Assembly (NCBI GenBank): GCA_046754245.1
Contig: JBHHVL010000002.1
Coordinates: 21,540 to 85,539 of the forward strand
Direction: 5' to 3'
Length of the DNA stretch: 64,000 bases
From: Candidatus Binatia bacterium
GTDB lineage: Bacteria > Desulfobacterota > Binatia > UBA1149
Shown: piece after piece, positions 17,575 through 26,398 of the stretch
Layout: the number at the start of each line of letters is the position of its first letter
Numbering within the stretch: position 1 is the first letter of the stretch
Program-made: the position numbers and the translations under genes
Notes under the pieces: generated by a model
Seen by the model: the letters and a program-made list of their open reading frames with translations, nothing else
Told to the model about the DNA's origin: nothing
The model's database searches: none

Positions 17575-19083
17575 TCAGCATGAAAGGCTAGGAGCGCATT
17601 TGACCTGACCATTGGGGAGGACTCCATGCGGACGCACAAAGCAAGGCGCAAGCGCCGCGACCGACCCCGACGGACGCAAGTGGGGGGGGCGAGACCCCAG
17701 CAGTCTTCCCCCCACCACGGTCACGGAAACCAGGGCAAAGGCTATGTAGAAGAGGCTCACGATGACGATACCGGCTCGTTGCAGGGGCGAGGGCCGGCAG
17801 TGCGCCGGCAGCAGCCTCGTGTTGATGACGAACAGCAGAGGGCAGTATATCGCCATGGCTATTCCACCGAAGAAGCCGGCCGACAACAGAAACACGAAGG
17901 GTGGAAGGTTGCCCCAGGCCCAGGTAAGGCAGGTCCCGCTTACCATCCAAGCCAGGGCAATGGTCCGATAGCAGCTCCTCAGAGTATAGGAGGACGCCCA
18001 GGCAAAGTTACGTCGGATCAGTTCAGCGCAGCTTCTCGAGACGCCGTCAAGCAGGGTGAGCTGCGTTGAAAAGAGGCAGGCTATGCCGGTCAGCATGAAG
18101 AGCAGTTCGCCCTGTTTGCCCCACGTCGAGCCTAGAATCGTCGCTTCCTCGAGGATCAGCATTTCGCGGGCGGGTACGATCCCAGCCGGTCTGAGGACGA
18201 CCAGAGCGCCGAAGACGAACATCAGAAGCGTGACCAGGTTGGTGAACCAGAAGAAAAGCGTCTGGTCTTTCACCATGTGCGTAAACCAGGCCCGCCAGCG
18301 CAGCCGGTTGCTCTCATCCGCCTGCGGCTGCCACGCGTCTTCCGACTCCATGCGATCGTCGAGGCGACCGGCCATTCCCCAGCCTTTGTCGCGTAGGTAG
18401 TACGAAAACAGCAGATTTGCCGTTCCCCCCGCGCCGGCGAAGACCACCGCGGAAAACAATTCGTAGGCCGGCATGCCGCTGGGCTTGAAGCCAAAGTCGA
18501 GCACGCCGGCGAGAAGGTCCTTCGACGCGGCGAGGTTACCGACGGCGAGCACTATCGTCACCAAACCGGCCAGCATCACCACGGTGAGCGTGACCACGAT
18601 CTTCTCGATCCATCCGTAGATGTTGCGCGGACCCAGCAGAACCAGGCCAACGCAGGCAAAGGTCAAGGCCGTCCAGGCCCATGGCTCACCGGGCCCCCCG
18701 GGGCCCACGGCGAGCGCTTTGACCGCCCCCGCGCAGGTGCGAGCCCAGCCCGGCAGCAGCCAGCCCGCGACGTTGAGCGCTAGAAAAACACCGGCCCAGG
18801 TCGGGCTCAGTCTGCAGAAGGCCGTGTAGGCGCTCTCTCCGGTTGCGAGGGTGTAGCGTCCAACCTCGATGTTGATGAGCAGCTGAAGCGTTATCCCGAG
18901 GACGGCGGCCCAGGTTACCACGGCGCCGAAGCGCGCCGTGGTGATAGGCCAGATGATCAGTTCTCCCGCGCCTATCGCCAGGCCGACCATGACCACGCCG
19001 GGCCCGGCCAGCTTGAAGAAACCGGGGGGTTTGGGGGGCATATCCGCCGGTTGGAAAGCCGCGAAGCGGCCGAAACCGCCCAC
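17575..19083 (-). CDS. Nramp-family divalent metal transporter
   Basis: About 11 TM helices. N-terminal motif GPGVVMVGLAIGAGELIIWP. The C-terminal tail after a C8 tract looks non-membrane, so the 3' end is uncertain. Confidence 0.65.
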   Translation of the reverse strand: MGGFGRFAAFQPADMPPKPPGFFKLAGPGVVMVGLAIGAGELIIWPITTARFGAVVTWAAVLGITLQLLINIEVGRYTLATGESAYTAFCRLSPTWAGVFLALNVAGWLLPGWARTCAGAVKALAVGPGGPGEPWAWTALTFACVGLVLLGPRNIYGWIEKIVVTLTVVMLAGLVTIVLAVGNLAASKDLLAGVLDFGFKPSGMPAYELFSAVVFAGAGGTANLLFSYYLRDKGWGMAGRLDDRMESEDAWQPQADESNRLRWRAWFTHMVKDQTLFFWFTNLVTLLMFVFGALVVLRPAGIVPAREMLILEEATILGSTWGKQGELLFMLTGIACLFSTQLTLLDGVSRSCAELIRRNFAWASSYTLRSCYRTIALAWMVSGTCLTWAWGNLPPFVFLLSAGFFGGIAMAIYCPLLFVINTRLLPAHCRPSPLQRAGIVIVSLFYIAFALVSVTVVGGRLLGSRPPHLRPSGSVAALAPCFVRPHGVLPNGQVKCAPSLSC

Positions 19084-19084
19084 G

Positions 19085-20167
19085 TCAGATCAGCTTCTTG
19101 TGCAGGAGATACTCGGCGACCAGGATCGCACCCCGAGCGGCACCCATCTTGGTGTTGTGCGATACGAGGACGTACTTTACCCCGTGGCGGTACAGCTCTT
19201 CACCGCGCACCCGGCCCACGGACGTGATCATCCCGCCTCCGGCGTTGCGGTCCAGGCGCGGTTGTGGCCGAAAGGGGTCGTCGTGGACGCGGATGAGGGT
19301 CTCGGGCATCGACGGGAGCGGAAGCTTTGCAGCGGTCTTTCCCGCGCTTCGCAAGACCTCCACCACTTCCTGCGGGCCGGCAGCGGCGGATAGCTCCAGA
19401 GAAACGGCCTCCGTGTGGCCTTCCAGTACCGCGGCCCTGGTGCAGGTAGAGGATACCTTGATGTCGGCCTCCTCAATGGAAGAGGAAATCACCCTTCCCA
19501 GGAGTTTTCGCGCCTCGCGAGCGACCTTTTCCTCTTCCGAAGGTATGAAGGGAATGACGTTGTCGATCGCATCGAGCGCTGCAACACCCGGCGAACGGCC
19601 GGCGCCGGAGATTCCTTGCATCGAGACCATGGAGACCCGCTCGACACCGAAACGCTCGTGGATGGGCTTGAGGGTAATGGCCAGACCGGTAACCGTGCAG
19701 TTCGGCTGGGGCAAGATGAAGCCTTTCCAGCCCCTTGTTTCGCGCTGCCGTTTGATCAAGACGGCGTGCTCCATGCTCACCCCAGGCAAGAGCAGCGGAA
19801 CGTCGTCCTCGTATCGGAAGGCCGAAGCGGTGCTGATCACGGGCGTGGTCTGGGCGTAGAGGGGCTCCAGCTCGGCGGCGACCTCAGACTCGACCGCCGA
19901 GAAGACCAGATCAACTCCCCCCAGGTCGAGGCTCGCGCCTTCTTCGACTCGCAGCTCCAAGGCGGCGGCCGGCGGCGCCCCCCCAGCCCACCATCGGAGT
20001 TGCCCGGTGGACGAATCACGCAGCGCGTCAGCGTAGCTCTTGCCAGCGGATTTCGTGGACGCCCCCAAGCGAGACAGCTCGAACCATGGGTGGTCGGCGA
20101 GTGCTGATACGAACTGCTGGCCGGCTATGCCGGTAGCACCTACAACGGCTACGTTCATCTTCTTCAT
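19085..20167 (-). CDS. asd: Aspartate-semialdehyde dehydrogenase
   Basis: Rossmann motif MNVAVVGATGIAGQ, active-site Cys NCTVTGL, and GISGAG. ATG at 20167 is preferred over the TTG at 20185. Confidence 0.9.
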   Translation of the reverse strand: MKKMNVAVVGATGIAGQQFVSALADHPWFELSRLGASTKSAGKSYADALRDSSTGQLRWWAGGAPPAAALELRVEEGASLDLGGVDLVFSAVESEVAAELEPLYAQTTPVISTASAFRYEDDVPLLLPGVSMEHAVLIKRQRETRGWKGFILPQPNCTVTGLAITLKPIHERFGVERVSMVSMQGISGAGRSPGVAALDAIDNVIPFIPSEEEKVAREARKLLGRVISSSIEEADIKVSSTCTRAAVLEGHTEAVSLELSAAAGPQEVVEVLRSAGKTAAKLPLPSMPETLIRVHDDPFRPQPRLDRNAGGGMITSVGRVRGEELYRHGVKYVLVSHNTKMGAARGAILVAEYLLHKKLI

Positions 20168-20347
20168 GTCCAACTGTTCCTTCAATATATCAGAGGCGTT
20201 GCGGGCGACGGACGCTGCTTGGCGCCCCGCGCAACACCATAGCCGGGGGCGATAGTGTTGACGGCCCCTCCAGTAGTATTAGTCGCCTTCCGGTTTCAAT
20301 AATTCGTCTCGCGGCTTGCCCGTACAGTCTTCAGACGGTAGTGTCAT

Positions 20348-20719
20348 TTGGGTATGCCACGTACTTCGGCTTCGACGAAATCGCAACGGGTTGCGACTAT
20401 TCATGGATTCGTTTCCCCCTTCATTCGCCGTGTTCTGGGCTGGAGGGTAGGGCCGAGAGGCGTCCTGTTGGCTCGTTCGTCCAGCGCCGGGGTCATCACC
20501 GTCGTACACCGCTACCGTGACGCGTGTTCTGGCGAAATAGTCGACCATCGTATTGCACAGCTTCGTCCTGACAAGGACAACTACAAGTTGTTCTGGAAGA
20601 AGGGTAACGGCAGGTGGTCGGCTTACTACGATGATCGCGGAGAGCAGGTGGTGGGTTCGCTCGCCAACTGCGTCAGCGAGATCTCGCGTGATCCCTTTGG
20701 CTGCTACTGGCCGACCTGA
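20348..20719 (+). CDS. Hypothetical protein (DUF3024-like C-terminal motif)
   Basis: ORF in an AT-richer patch. The segment YKLFWKKGNGRWSAYYD recalls DUF3024 from memory only. The start is uncertain. Confidence 0.3.
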   Translation: MGMPRTSASTKSQRVATIHGFVSPFIRRVLGWRVGPRGVLLARSSSAGVITVVHRYRDACSGEIVDHRIAQLRPDKDNYKLFWKKGNGRWSAYYDDRGEQVVGSLANCVSEISRDPFGCYWPT

Positions 20720-20784
20720 TGTCTCTGGCTAGCAGGGGCGGTTGCACCGGTTCCGTGGTCGCCTGTCCATTTGACTGAGGTCGC

Positions 20785-21750
20785 GTGCGTCAGGCGAGCG
20801 CCTTGCTACTCTGCTCGCTGCTGGTGCTCGCCGCTGGCGGCTGCGAAAACTATCGTAAGGTCCCTCGCATAGAAGCCCGGCTGTACGGCTGGGATGAACC
20901 CTTCTCCGGGCTAGAGGGGATCAAGCTGCACGTTTTCACCACAGGCAAGATAGTGTCCACCGAAGGCGCCGTCTTTGGCGGGGAGTTGACCCAGCGCATG
21001 GAACTCCCAGTATCGTCGTTTGTAGTCGAACATCCGCGTGCCGGCCTGATAGTGTTCGATACCGGTTTCAATCCAGCGGTCCGCCTCGCGAGCCGGGACT
21101 ATCTTGGATGGTTGCTGGACACCGTGGGTTGCTGCAGCCTGGAAGAGGGCCAGGAACTCGTCTCGCAGATGAGCGCGGTAGGGTTGGACCCGGCCGCCGT
21201 ATCCTACGTGGTGCTGTCGCACCTGCACTTCGATCATAGCGGGGCGGTGGAGAGCTTTCCGGCCGCCACGGTGGTGGTCTCCAGGAACGAACGACGGGCC
21301 GCCGCCGCGGCCAAGGGGCTCAGGGATTGGTTCTTCGAGGGTGATTACGACGAGGTCGGCGACTGGCTGGAGATCGACTACGACCGCAGCGAGCTCTGGG
21401 GAACCTTTGCGGGGCACCACGATCTGCTCGGCGACGGCAGCGTCGTACTGGTGGACCTGCGCGGCCACAGCGCGGGTTCACAGGGGATGGTCCTGCGCGG
21501 AGCAGGCGACACGATCCTGCTGACGGGAGACGCCGCCTACGTTGAACAAAGCTGGCGCTACGCCGCAGAGCCGCTCATCGCCTGGAACATGGATCTGTGG
21601 TGGGAACAGGTCTGGCGGATCAAGAAGTTTGCCCAGCTCTTACCAGGGCTGCTAGTGATTCCCGGTCACGACCAGCGGGGACTGGAGGAAACAGGCCGGC
21701 CCGGGGTGCTGAGACACGTCTGCGCAGACCACGGTGCGGTGGATCAGTGA
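20785..21750 (+). CDS. MBL-fold metallo-hydrolase (lactonase-like), lipoprotein
   Basis: HxHxDH motif (SHLHFDHSG). Signal peptide with lipobox (LVLAAGGC). Confidence 0.8.
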   Translation: MRQASALLLCSLLVLAAGGCENYRKVPRIEARLYGWDEPFSGLEGIKLHVFTTGKIVSTEGAVFGGELTQRMELPVSSFVVEHPRAGLIVFDTGFNPAVRLASRDYLGWLLDTVGCCSLEEGQELVSQMSAVGLDPAAVSYVVLSHLHFDHSGAVESFPAATVVVSRNERRAAAAAKGLRDWFFEGDYDEVGDWLEIDYDRSELWGTFAGHHDLLGDGSVVLVDLRGHSAGSQGMVLRGAGDTILLTGDAAYVEQSWRYAAEPLIAWNMDLWWEQVWRIKKFAQLLPGLLVIPGHDQRGLEETGRPGVLRHVCADHGAVDQ

Positions 21751-22151
21751 TCGGCCGGTGCTATGGACTGGCCGTGTGAAAACTCCACCGAGTTACCGTC
21801 GGGGTCGCTGACGATGCAGAGATAACCCACGATCGGGCCCTCGTCGGCCGGACCGTGGACGAGGATTCCGTCTTCACGGGCGAGGGCGGCCAGACGGTCG
21901 ACTTCGCCGCGGGAGGTCACGGCGTAGCCGAGGTGGGCCAAGGGCGCGGGGCTGGCGGCGTCCTCGTGCGCTGCGCCGAGAAGGACTATCACAAATTCTG
22001 TTCTGCGCGCTTCCTCGCCCATCCAGACCACCGTGACGTCGCCGTCCACGCGCCGGTGGACCTCCCGCAGGCCGGCGTATTTCCGATAGAAATCCACCGC
22101 CCGCTCGACGTCGCGTGCGTGGATAGCGACGTGGGTACAAGCCGCTGCCAT
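21744..22151 (-). CDS. VOC (glyoxalase/bleomycin-resistance/dioxygenase) family protein
   Basis: HVAIHARDVERAVDFY ... DPDGNSVEF. ATG at 22151 is preferred over the GTG at 22187. The 3' end overlaps the convergent MBL gene by 7 nt. Confidence 0.7.
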   Translation of the reverse strand: MAAACTHVAIHARDVERAVDFYRKYAGLREVHRRVDGDVTVVWMGEEARRTEFVIVLLGAAHEDAASPAPLAHLGYAVTSRGEVDRLAALAREDGILVHGPADEGPIVGYLCIVSDPDGNSVEFSHGQSIAPADH

Positions 22152-22250
22152 CGTGCGATTTAACCACAGTTGCGACCGCAAGACCACGAAGGCGCGGCCC
22201 GCGCGGGCCGGTTCAGGCCGTCGGCGCCACGTGCACTGAGGAAGCGCCGG

Positions 22251-23771
22251 TCATCCCCCGCCTGCCCAGGCGGGCAGACCTACAACCCGTATCCCGAGCG
22301 CTGGGACCGCGAGAAGGTAGGTAACGGCGGTCACCAGCAGCACCGCGAGGAGGTTGAGGCCGACGCCGGTTCGAGCCATGAAAGCAACGCTCAGATCACC
22401 TCCGGAGAACACGATCGCGTTGGGCGCCGTCCCCGACGGCATCATGAAGCACAGGGAGGCCGCCAGCGCGCACGGCACCATGAGAAGAAGGGGGTCGCAG
22501 CCGGCCGCGACGGCGCTAGCCGCGAGTATGGGCATCATGATGGTGGTGATGGCGGTGTTGGTCGTGATCTCGGTGAGCAGGCTGATCGTGAGCGATATCA
22601 CGAGAATGCTCACCAGTGGGGGGGAACTACCGACCCAGGCCAGCGTCGTGCCAATCCACACGGCAAGGCCCGACGACTTGATGGCCTCGGCCAGGGCGAA
22701 GCCGCCGCCGAGTAGCACGATCACTCCCCACGGCAGCTTCACCGCCCATTCCCAGTCGAGCAGCCTGGCGCCGCTCCCGTCGCCTGCCGGCACTAGGAAC
22801 AGGATCATCGCCATCGCGATGGCCACCGTGGAATCTCCGACCATGGAAGGGACGGGTAGAAGCGAGGCCCAGCCGGGGACGGTGATTCCGCCGATCAGCA
22901 GCTCCCTCCGCGTGAGCCACAGCGCCGCGGTAGCGCAGAACAGTAGGAGAACCCTTTTCTCGGGCACGCGCATGGAGCCGAGCTCGCGGATGCGCGCGCG
23001 GATCAGTTCCGGGTCGGTGACGGCTTTTTCCGCGCCTATGGAGGTGGCGACACGCACCAGGTAGAACCAGGCCAGCGGTACGAGAACGACTACCAGGGGG
23101 ACGCCGACCATCATCCACTGGAGGAAGCCTATTTCCGGGGCTCGCGGAAAGAGCTGCGCGAAGGCGCCGACGAACACCGCGTTGGGTGGGGTACCGACGA
23201 TGGTCCCCAGGCCGCCTATGGTCGCGGAATAGGCCACCGCCAGCATGAGCGCGGGACCGAGTTCTCGGCCGAGCCGGGGGTCGTGGTCTTTGTAGTGGTC
23301 GACGACGGCAAGCGCGATGGGAAGCATCATCATGGTGGTTGCCGAGTTGGAAATCCACATCGAAATGGCGGCGGTGGCGACCATGAAGCCGAGGACCAGA
23401 GCCGCGACGCTACTACCGAAGGCAGCGATGATGTTGAGCGAAATACGGCGGTGCAGGTCCCAGCGCTCGACGGCGGTTGCGATGATGAGGCCCCCGAGGA
23501 AGAGGAAGTTGGTCTTGTTGGCGTAAGGCGCCGAGATCGCCGCGGCGGGCATAACTCCCAACAAGGGTAGCAGGACCAGCGGGACCAGGCCGGTGACCGC
23601 GACCGGGACCGCTTCGGTGATCCACCAGCAGGCCATCAGGAGAGCGGTCGAAGCGGTGAGCTGCGCGGGTCGTGGCATGTCGCTCAGCGGAGGCGCGACC
23701 GCGAAGAGGGCGAAGACGGTGAGGCCGGCGAAGAAACCCACCCAGCGGGTGGAGAGTCGCTGGGTGGTCAC
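22251..23771 (-). CDS. DASS/SLC13-family anion (sulfate/di-tricarboxylate):Na+ symporter
   Basis: Duplicated hairpin motifs SNSATTMMMLP and MPSGTAPNAIVF. Polytopic. Confidence 0.85.
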   Translation of the reverse strand: MTTQRLSTRWVGFFAGLTVFALFAVAPPLSDMPRPAQLTASTALLMACWWITEAVPVAVTGLVPLVLLPLLGVMPAAAISAPYANKTNFLFLGGLIIATAVERWDLHRRISLNIIAAFGSSVAALVLGFMVATAAISMWISNSATTMMMLPIALAVVDHYKDHDPRLGRELGPALMLAVAYSATIGGLGTIVGTPPNAVFVGAFAQLFPRAPEIGFLQWMMVGVPLVVVLVPLAWFYLVRVATSIGAEKAVTDPELIRARIRELGSMRVPEKRVLLLFCATAALWLTRRELLIGGITVPGWASLLPVPSMVGDSTVAIAMAMILFLVPAGDGSGARLLDWEWAVKLPWGVIVLLGGGFALAEAIKSSGLAVWIGTTLAWVGSSPPLVSILVISLTISLLTEITTNTAITTIMMPILAASAVAAGCDPLLLMVPCALAASLCFMMPSGTAPNAIVFSGGDLSVAFMARTGVGLNLLAVLLVTAVTYLLAVPALGIRVVGLPAWAGGG

Positions 23772-24316
23772 GGATCCTTTCCCGTACAGTGCGCGAATAG
23801 AACGTCCAGCGCGGCCGCACGGAAAACGCCCCAGCTACTCCACGAGGGGATAATGTTTCTGAGCTTCGATGCGTAGGCCGGAAGCTCCTCGGGTCTGGCC
23901 TCGACCCAACTGGAGATTCCTTCCGAGGGGTCGTTGCTGGCGAGCACGCCATCGGTCTCCCTGGCGACGAATACGTAAGTGCGAAACGGAGATTCTTCCC
24001 TCTGGTCTCGATATTTCATGGCCGCGACGAAACTCGCGACCGTTACCGTGAGGTTGGTTTCCTCCCAGATTTCGCGCAGCAGGGCGCTCTCGATATCTTC
24101 GCCGGCGTGGATACCGCCGGTCGGCAACCGCATGACCGAATCCGGGTAGCTCCTCTTGGTCTGGAGCAAGAAGCAACCGTTGGGTCGTTCGATGGCCATG
24201 CAGACCTCGCCGTGACGGCGTTTGCTTACAGGCGGGAAATCCAGTGATGGGAGACGGCAAGTAACCCGCTTCGGCTGGCCGTATTTATCGGCGACCATAT
24301 CGAGGGCGGCGCTCAC
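23768..24316 (-). CDS. NUDIX hydrolase
   Basis: Nudix box GGIHAGEDIESALLREIWEETNL. 4-nt overlaps with both neighbouring genes. Confidence 0.8.
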   Translation of the reverse strand: MSAALDMVADKYGQPKRVTCRLPSLDFPPVSKRRHGEVCMAIERPNGCFLLQTKRSYPDSVMRLPTGGIHAGEDIESALLREIWEETNLTVTVASFVAAMKYRDQREESPFRTYVFVARETDGVLASNDPSEGISSWVEARPEELPAYASKLRNIIPSWSSWGVFRAAALDVLFAHCTGKDP

Positions 24317-25287
24317 CCATCCAGCCTCTGTGCGAGCGCGGCGGCGACGGCGACGGCCATTCCTTCGGAGCGGTCCGGGGGTGCCGCCATTGCGTCACAA
24401 CCCGCTGCTGCGGCGTGGCCGCCGCCACCAAACGCACCAGCGAGGCGCGAAAGATCAACGTCGCAGTCTGGAGTACGACGGAAGCTTACCGCGTCGCTGA
24501 GGCGGTCGTAGATTACGAACACCGCGTTGCTGAACTCAGAGGACCAGCGGTCAGCGATCTCACCGCCGTAACCGTTCGCTTCACAGGCGACGACCGTCAA
24601 GCCACGCTCGTCGACCCGCCGCAGGCAGCGGGTACGTTCGGCGATGTTGAAGGTGACCTCCAGTTTGTCCTTGACGCGTCCCGCGGCGGCTCTGAGCTCC
24701 GGTCCGTAGGTAAGGTTGGAGTCCATGGCGAGGAGGACCTTGAAGGCCTCGTCGTGGTTCATAGCTCGTATCGCCAGTGCCAGATCGCGGGACCCCTCTA
24801 TGTCGAGTATCCACCGATCGACGTCGTCGGCCAACATCACCAGCCTGTGGAGGGCGGCGAGGCCAGGCCGCGGCCTGGCGCCCGAGACCTCGCGCCGCCC
24901 GAGATAATCGTAGAGGAGTCGTGAGGCGGCGAAACTGTCGTCGAGAACGTAGCCGGTGAAGGCGACGTCCAGTTCACCGGCGTTCCGCCGGTCGATCGCG
25001 GACTTGTGATGGTCGATCCAGTAGAGCTCGAGACCTTGGTCCACCAGGTTGTTGAGATGCCGGTCGGTGGACATTTCGTTCCAGGAGATGTCGGTGACCC
25101 AGAGTTCCTCTTCGGAGGGGTTCCGCGGTTGGTAGTGCACGAGGACGTCGTCGATCTCCCGGTTGCTCGCGAACAGCGGCTTGACCTTCCTTCCGGCAAA
25201 ACAACGGGAGATCAGCACCGCACACGTTAGCCCGTCTAGGCAGTTGGGACCGTGACTGACGACGGTGACGCGGCGTTTGGTGGACAT
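24313..25287 (-). CDS. DHH/DHHA1 phosphoesterase (NrnA-like)
   Basis: DHH motif (WIDHHKSA) and DHHA1 GGGH motif (FGGGGHAAAAG). Confidence 0.75.
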   Translation of the reverse strand: MSTKRRVTVVSHGPNCLDGLTCAVLISRCFAGRKVKPLFASNREIDDVLVHYQPRNPSEEELWVTDISWNEMSTDRHLNNLVDQGLELYWIDHHKSAIDRRNAGELDVAFTGYVLDDSFAASRLLYDYLGRREVSGARPRPGLAALHRLVMLADDVDRWILDIEGSRDLALAIRAMNHDEAFKVLLAMDSNLTYGPELRAAAGRVKDKLEVTFNIAERTRCLRRVDERGLTVVACEANGYGGEIADRWSSEFSNAVFVIYDRLSDAVSFRRTPDCDVDLSRLAGAFGGGGHAAAAGCDAMAAPPDRSEGMAVAVAAALAQRLDG

Positions 25288-25366
25288 ATAGAGGAAATAC
25301 TACGCTATACGCGCGATCGGTGACAGCGCCTGATCGAGCGGCGACTATGCGCGCCATCCGCGGGAT

Positions 25367-26386
25367 CTACTCCAGCGCCCGCACGGGTTCGATCATTCCG
25401 CTTCTTGCCGAACGGTAACACGCGTCGGCGATCGCCACGGCCGCCAGGCCATCGCCGTAAGAAATGCAAGGGCTGGTCCCGTTAATGGCGTCTTTCGCGA
25501 ATTGCCTGAGAATCTCGAGTACGGTGTAGCTGGGAGCCGGGGGCGCCAGCGTTTCTACGCCATCCGGACCGATGAAGCTCAGGGTGCCGAGTACGTGATC
25601 GCCGATTAGCTGGCCCTTGTCCCCTGAGATCTCTATCAGTCCGTTGCGGCTGTGCGTGGAACGCGAACAGGTGACGACGGCCAGGGCGTCGCTCCCACGA
25701 AGAGAGAGGTTGGCAACGAAGCTGTCTTCGGTTTTTTTCGTGCAGACGGACCGAGCGAAGCAGCTCACGCTCTCGACTTCGAGATCGCTCAGCCATCTAA
25801 CCAGGTCGAAACAGTGCACACCGGTATGGAGAATATTGCCTCCACCGGAGAGCGCGGGGTCGTCGAGCCATCGCAGCTGGGGTTGAGGCGGGAAGCGCTG
25901 ACTGAACACCAAGGAATCGAGCCTGCCGACCCTGGGAACCGAGTCGCGAATGGCTCTACAGACAGAGTTGAAACGCAGGGTCTGGCCCGCCATGCACCAG
26001 CCCTTCTTTCGGCGCTGGACTTCGAGTATGCGGCGCCCACTCTCCAGGTCGGGCGCAACGGGCTTCTCCACGAGCACCCGCTTGCCGCACTCGAGGGCCG
26101 CCGGCAGTAGTTCCTCGAGTTCCCTCGGGGGAATGACCAACACAACGGCGTCGATCTCACTACTACGGACGAGTTTGGAAGCGTCATCGGTGAAGTCGCA
26201 TCCGAGTCGCGCTGCGAGCTCCTTCCCCGCATCTGCGCTGCGCCTGCATATGGCCCGGAGTTGGATTTCATCGACGTCGCTGGCTGCGTGATGGGCGTAA
26301 CGACTACCGTGCCTCCCGAGGCCAACGACCGCGAGCCTGAGTTTATCCATCGGCCACACCATAGGCAGGCGACTCGAGGCCGTCAA
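25367..26386 (-). CDS. Gfo/Idh/MocA-family NAD(P)-dependent oxidoreductase
   Basis: Rossmann motif LRLAVVGLGRHG and EKP motif (VLVEKPVA). Alternative ATG starts at 26362 and 26350. Confidence 0.8.
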   Translation of the reverse strand: MTASSRLPMVWPMDKLRLAVVGLGRHGSRYAHHAASDVDEIQLRAICRRSADAGKELAARLGCDFTDDASKLVRSSEIDAVVLVIPPRELEELLPAALECGKRVLVEKPVAPDLESGRRILEVQRRKKGWCMAGQTLRFNSVCRAIRDSVPRVGRLDSLVFSQRFPPQPQLRWLDDPALSGGGNILHTGVHCFDLVRWLSDLEVESVSCFARSVCTKKTEDSFVANLSLRGSDALAVVTCSRSTHSRNGLIEISGDKGQLIGDHVLGTLSFIGPDGVETLAPPAPSYTVLEILRQFAKDAINGTSPCISYGDGLAAVAIADACYRSARSGMIEPVRALE

Positions 26387-26398
26387 AAGCCGGCACGT

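Noticed and set aside
22188-22253. In-frame TGA between the DASS transporter and the downstream VOC gene (possible second Sec site)
   Set aside because: The 21 intervening codons translate to Arg/Pro-rich filler (PALPQCTWRRRPEPARAGRAF). The transporter ends normally, and the VOC protein has its own ATG at 22151. No Cys-homologous position is involved.
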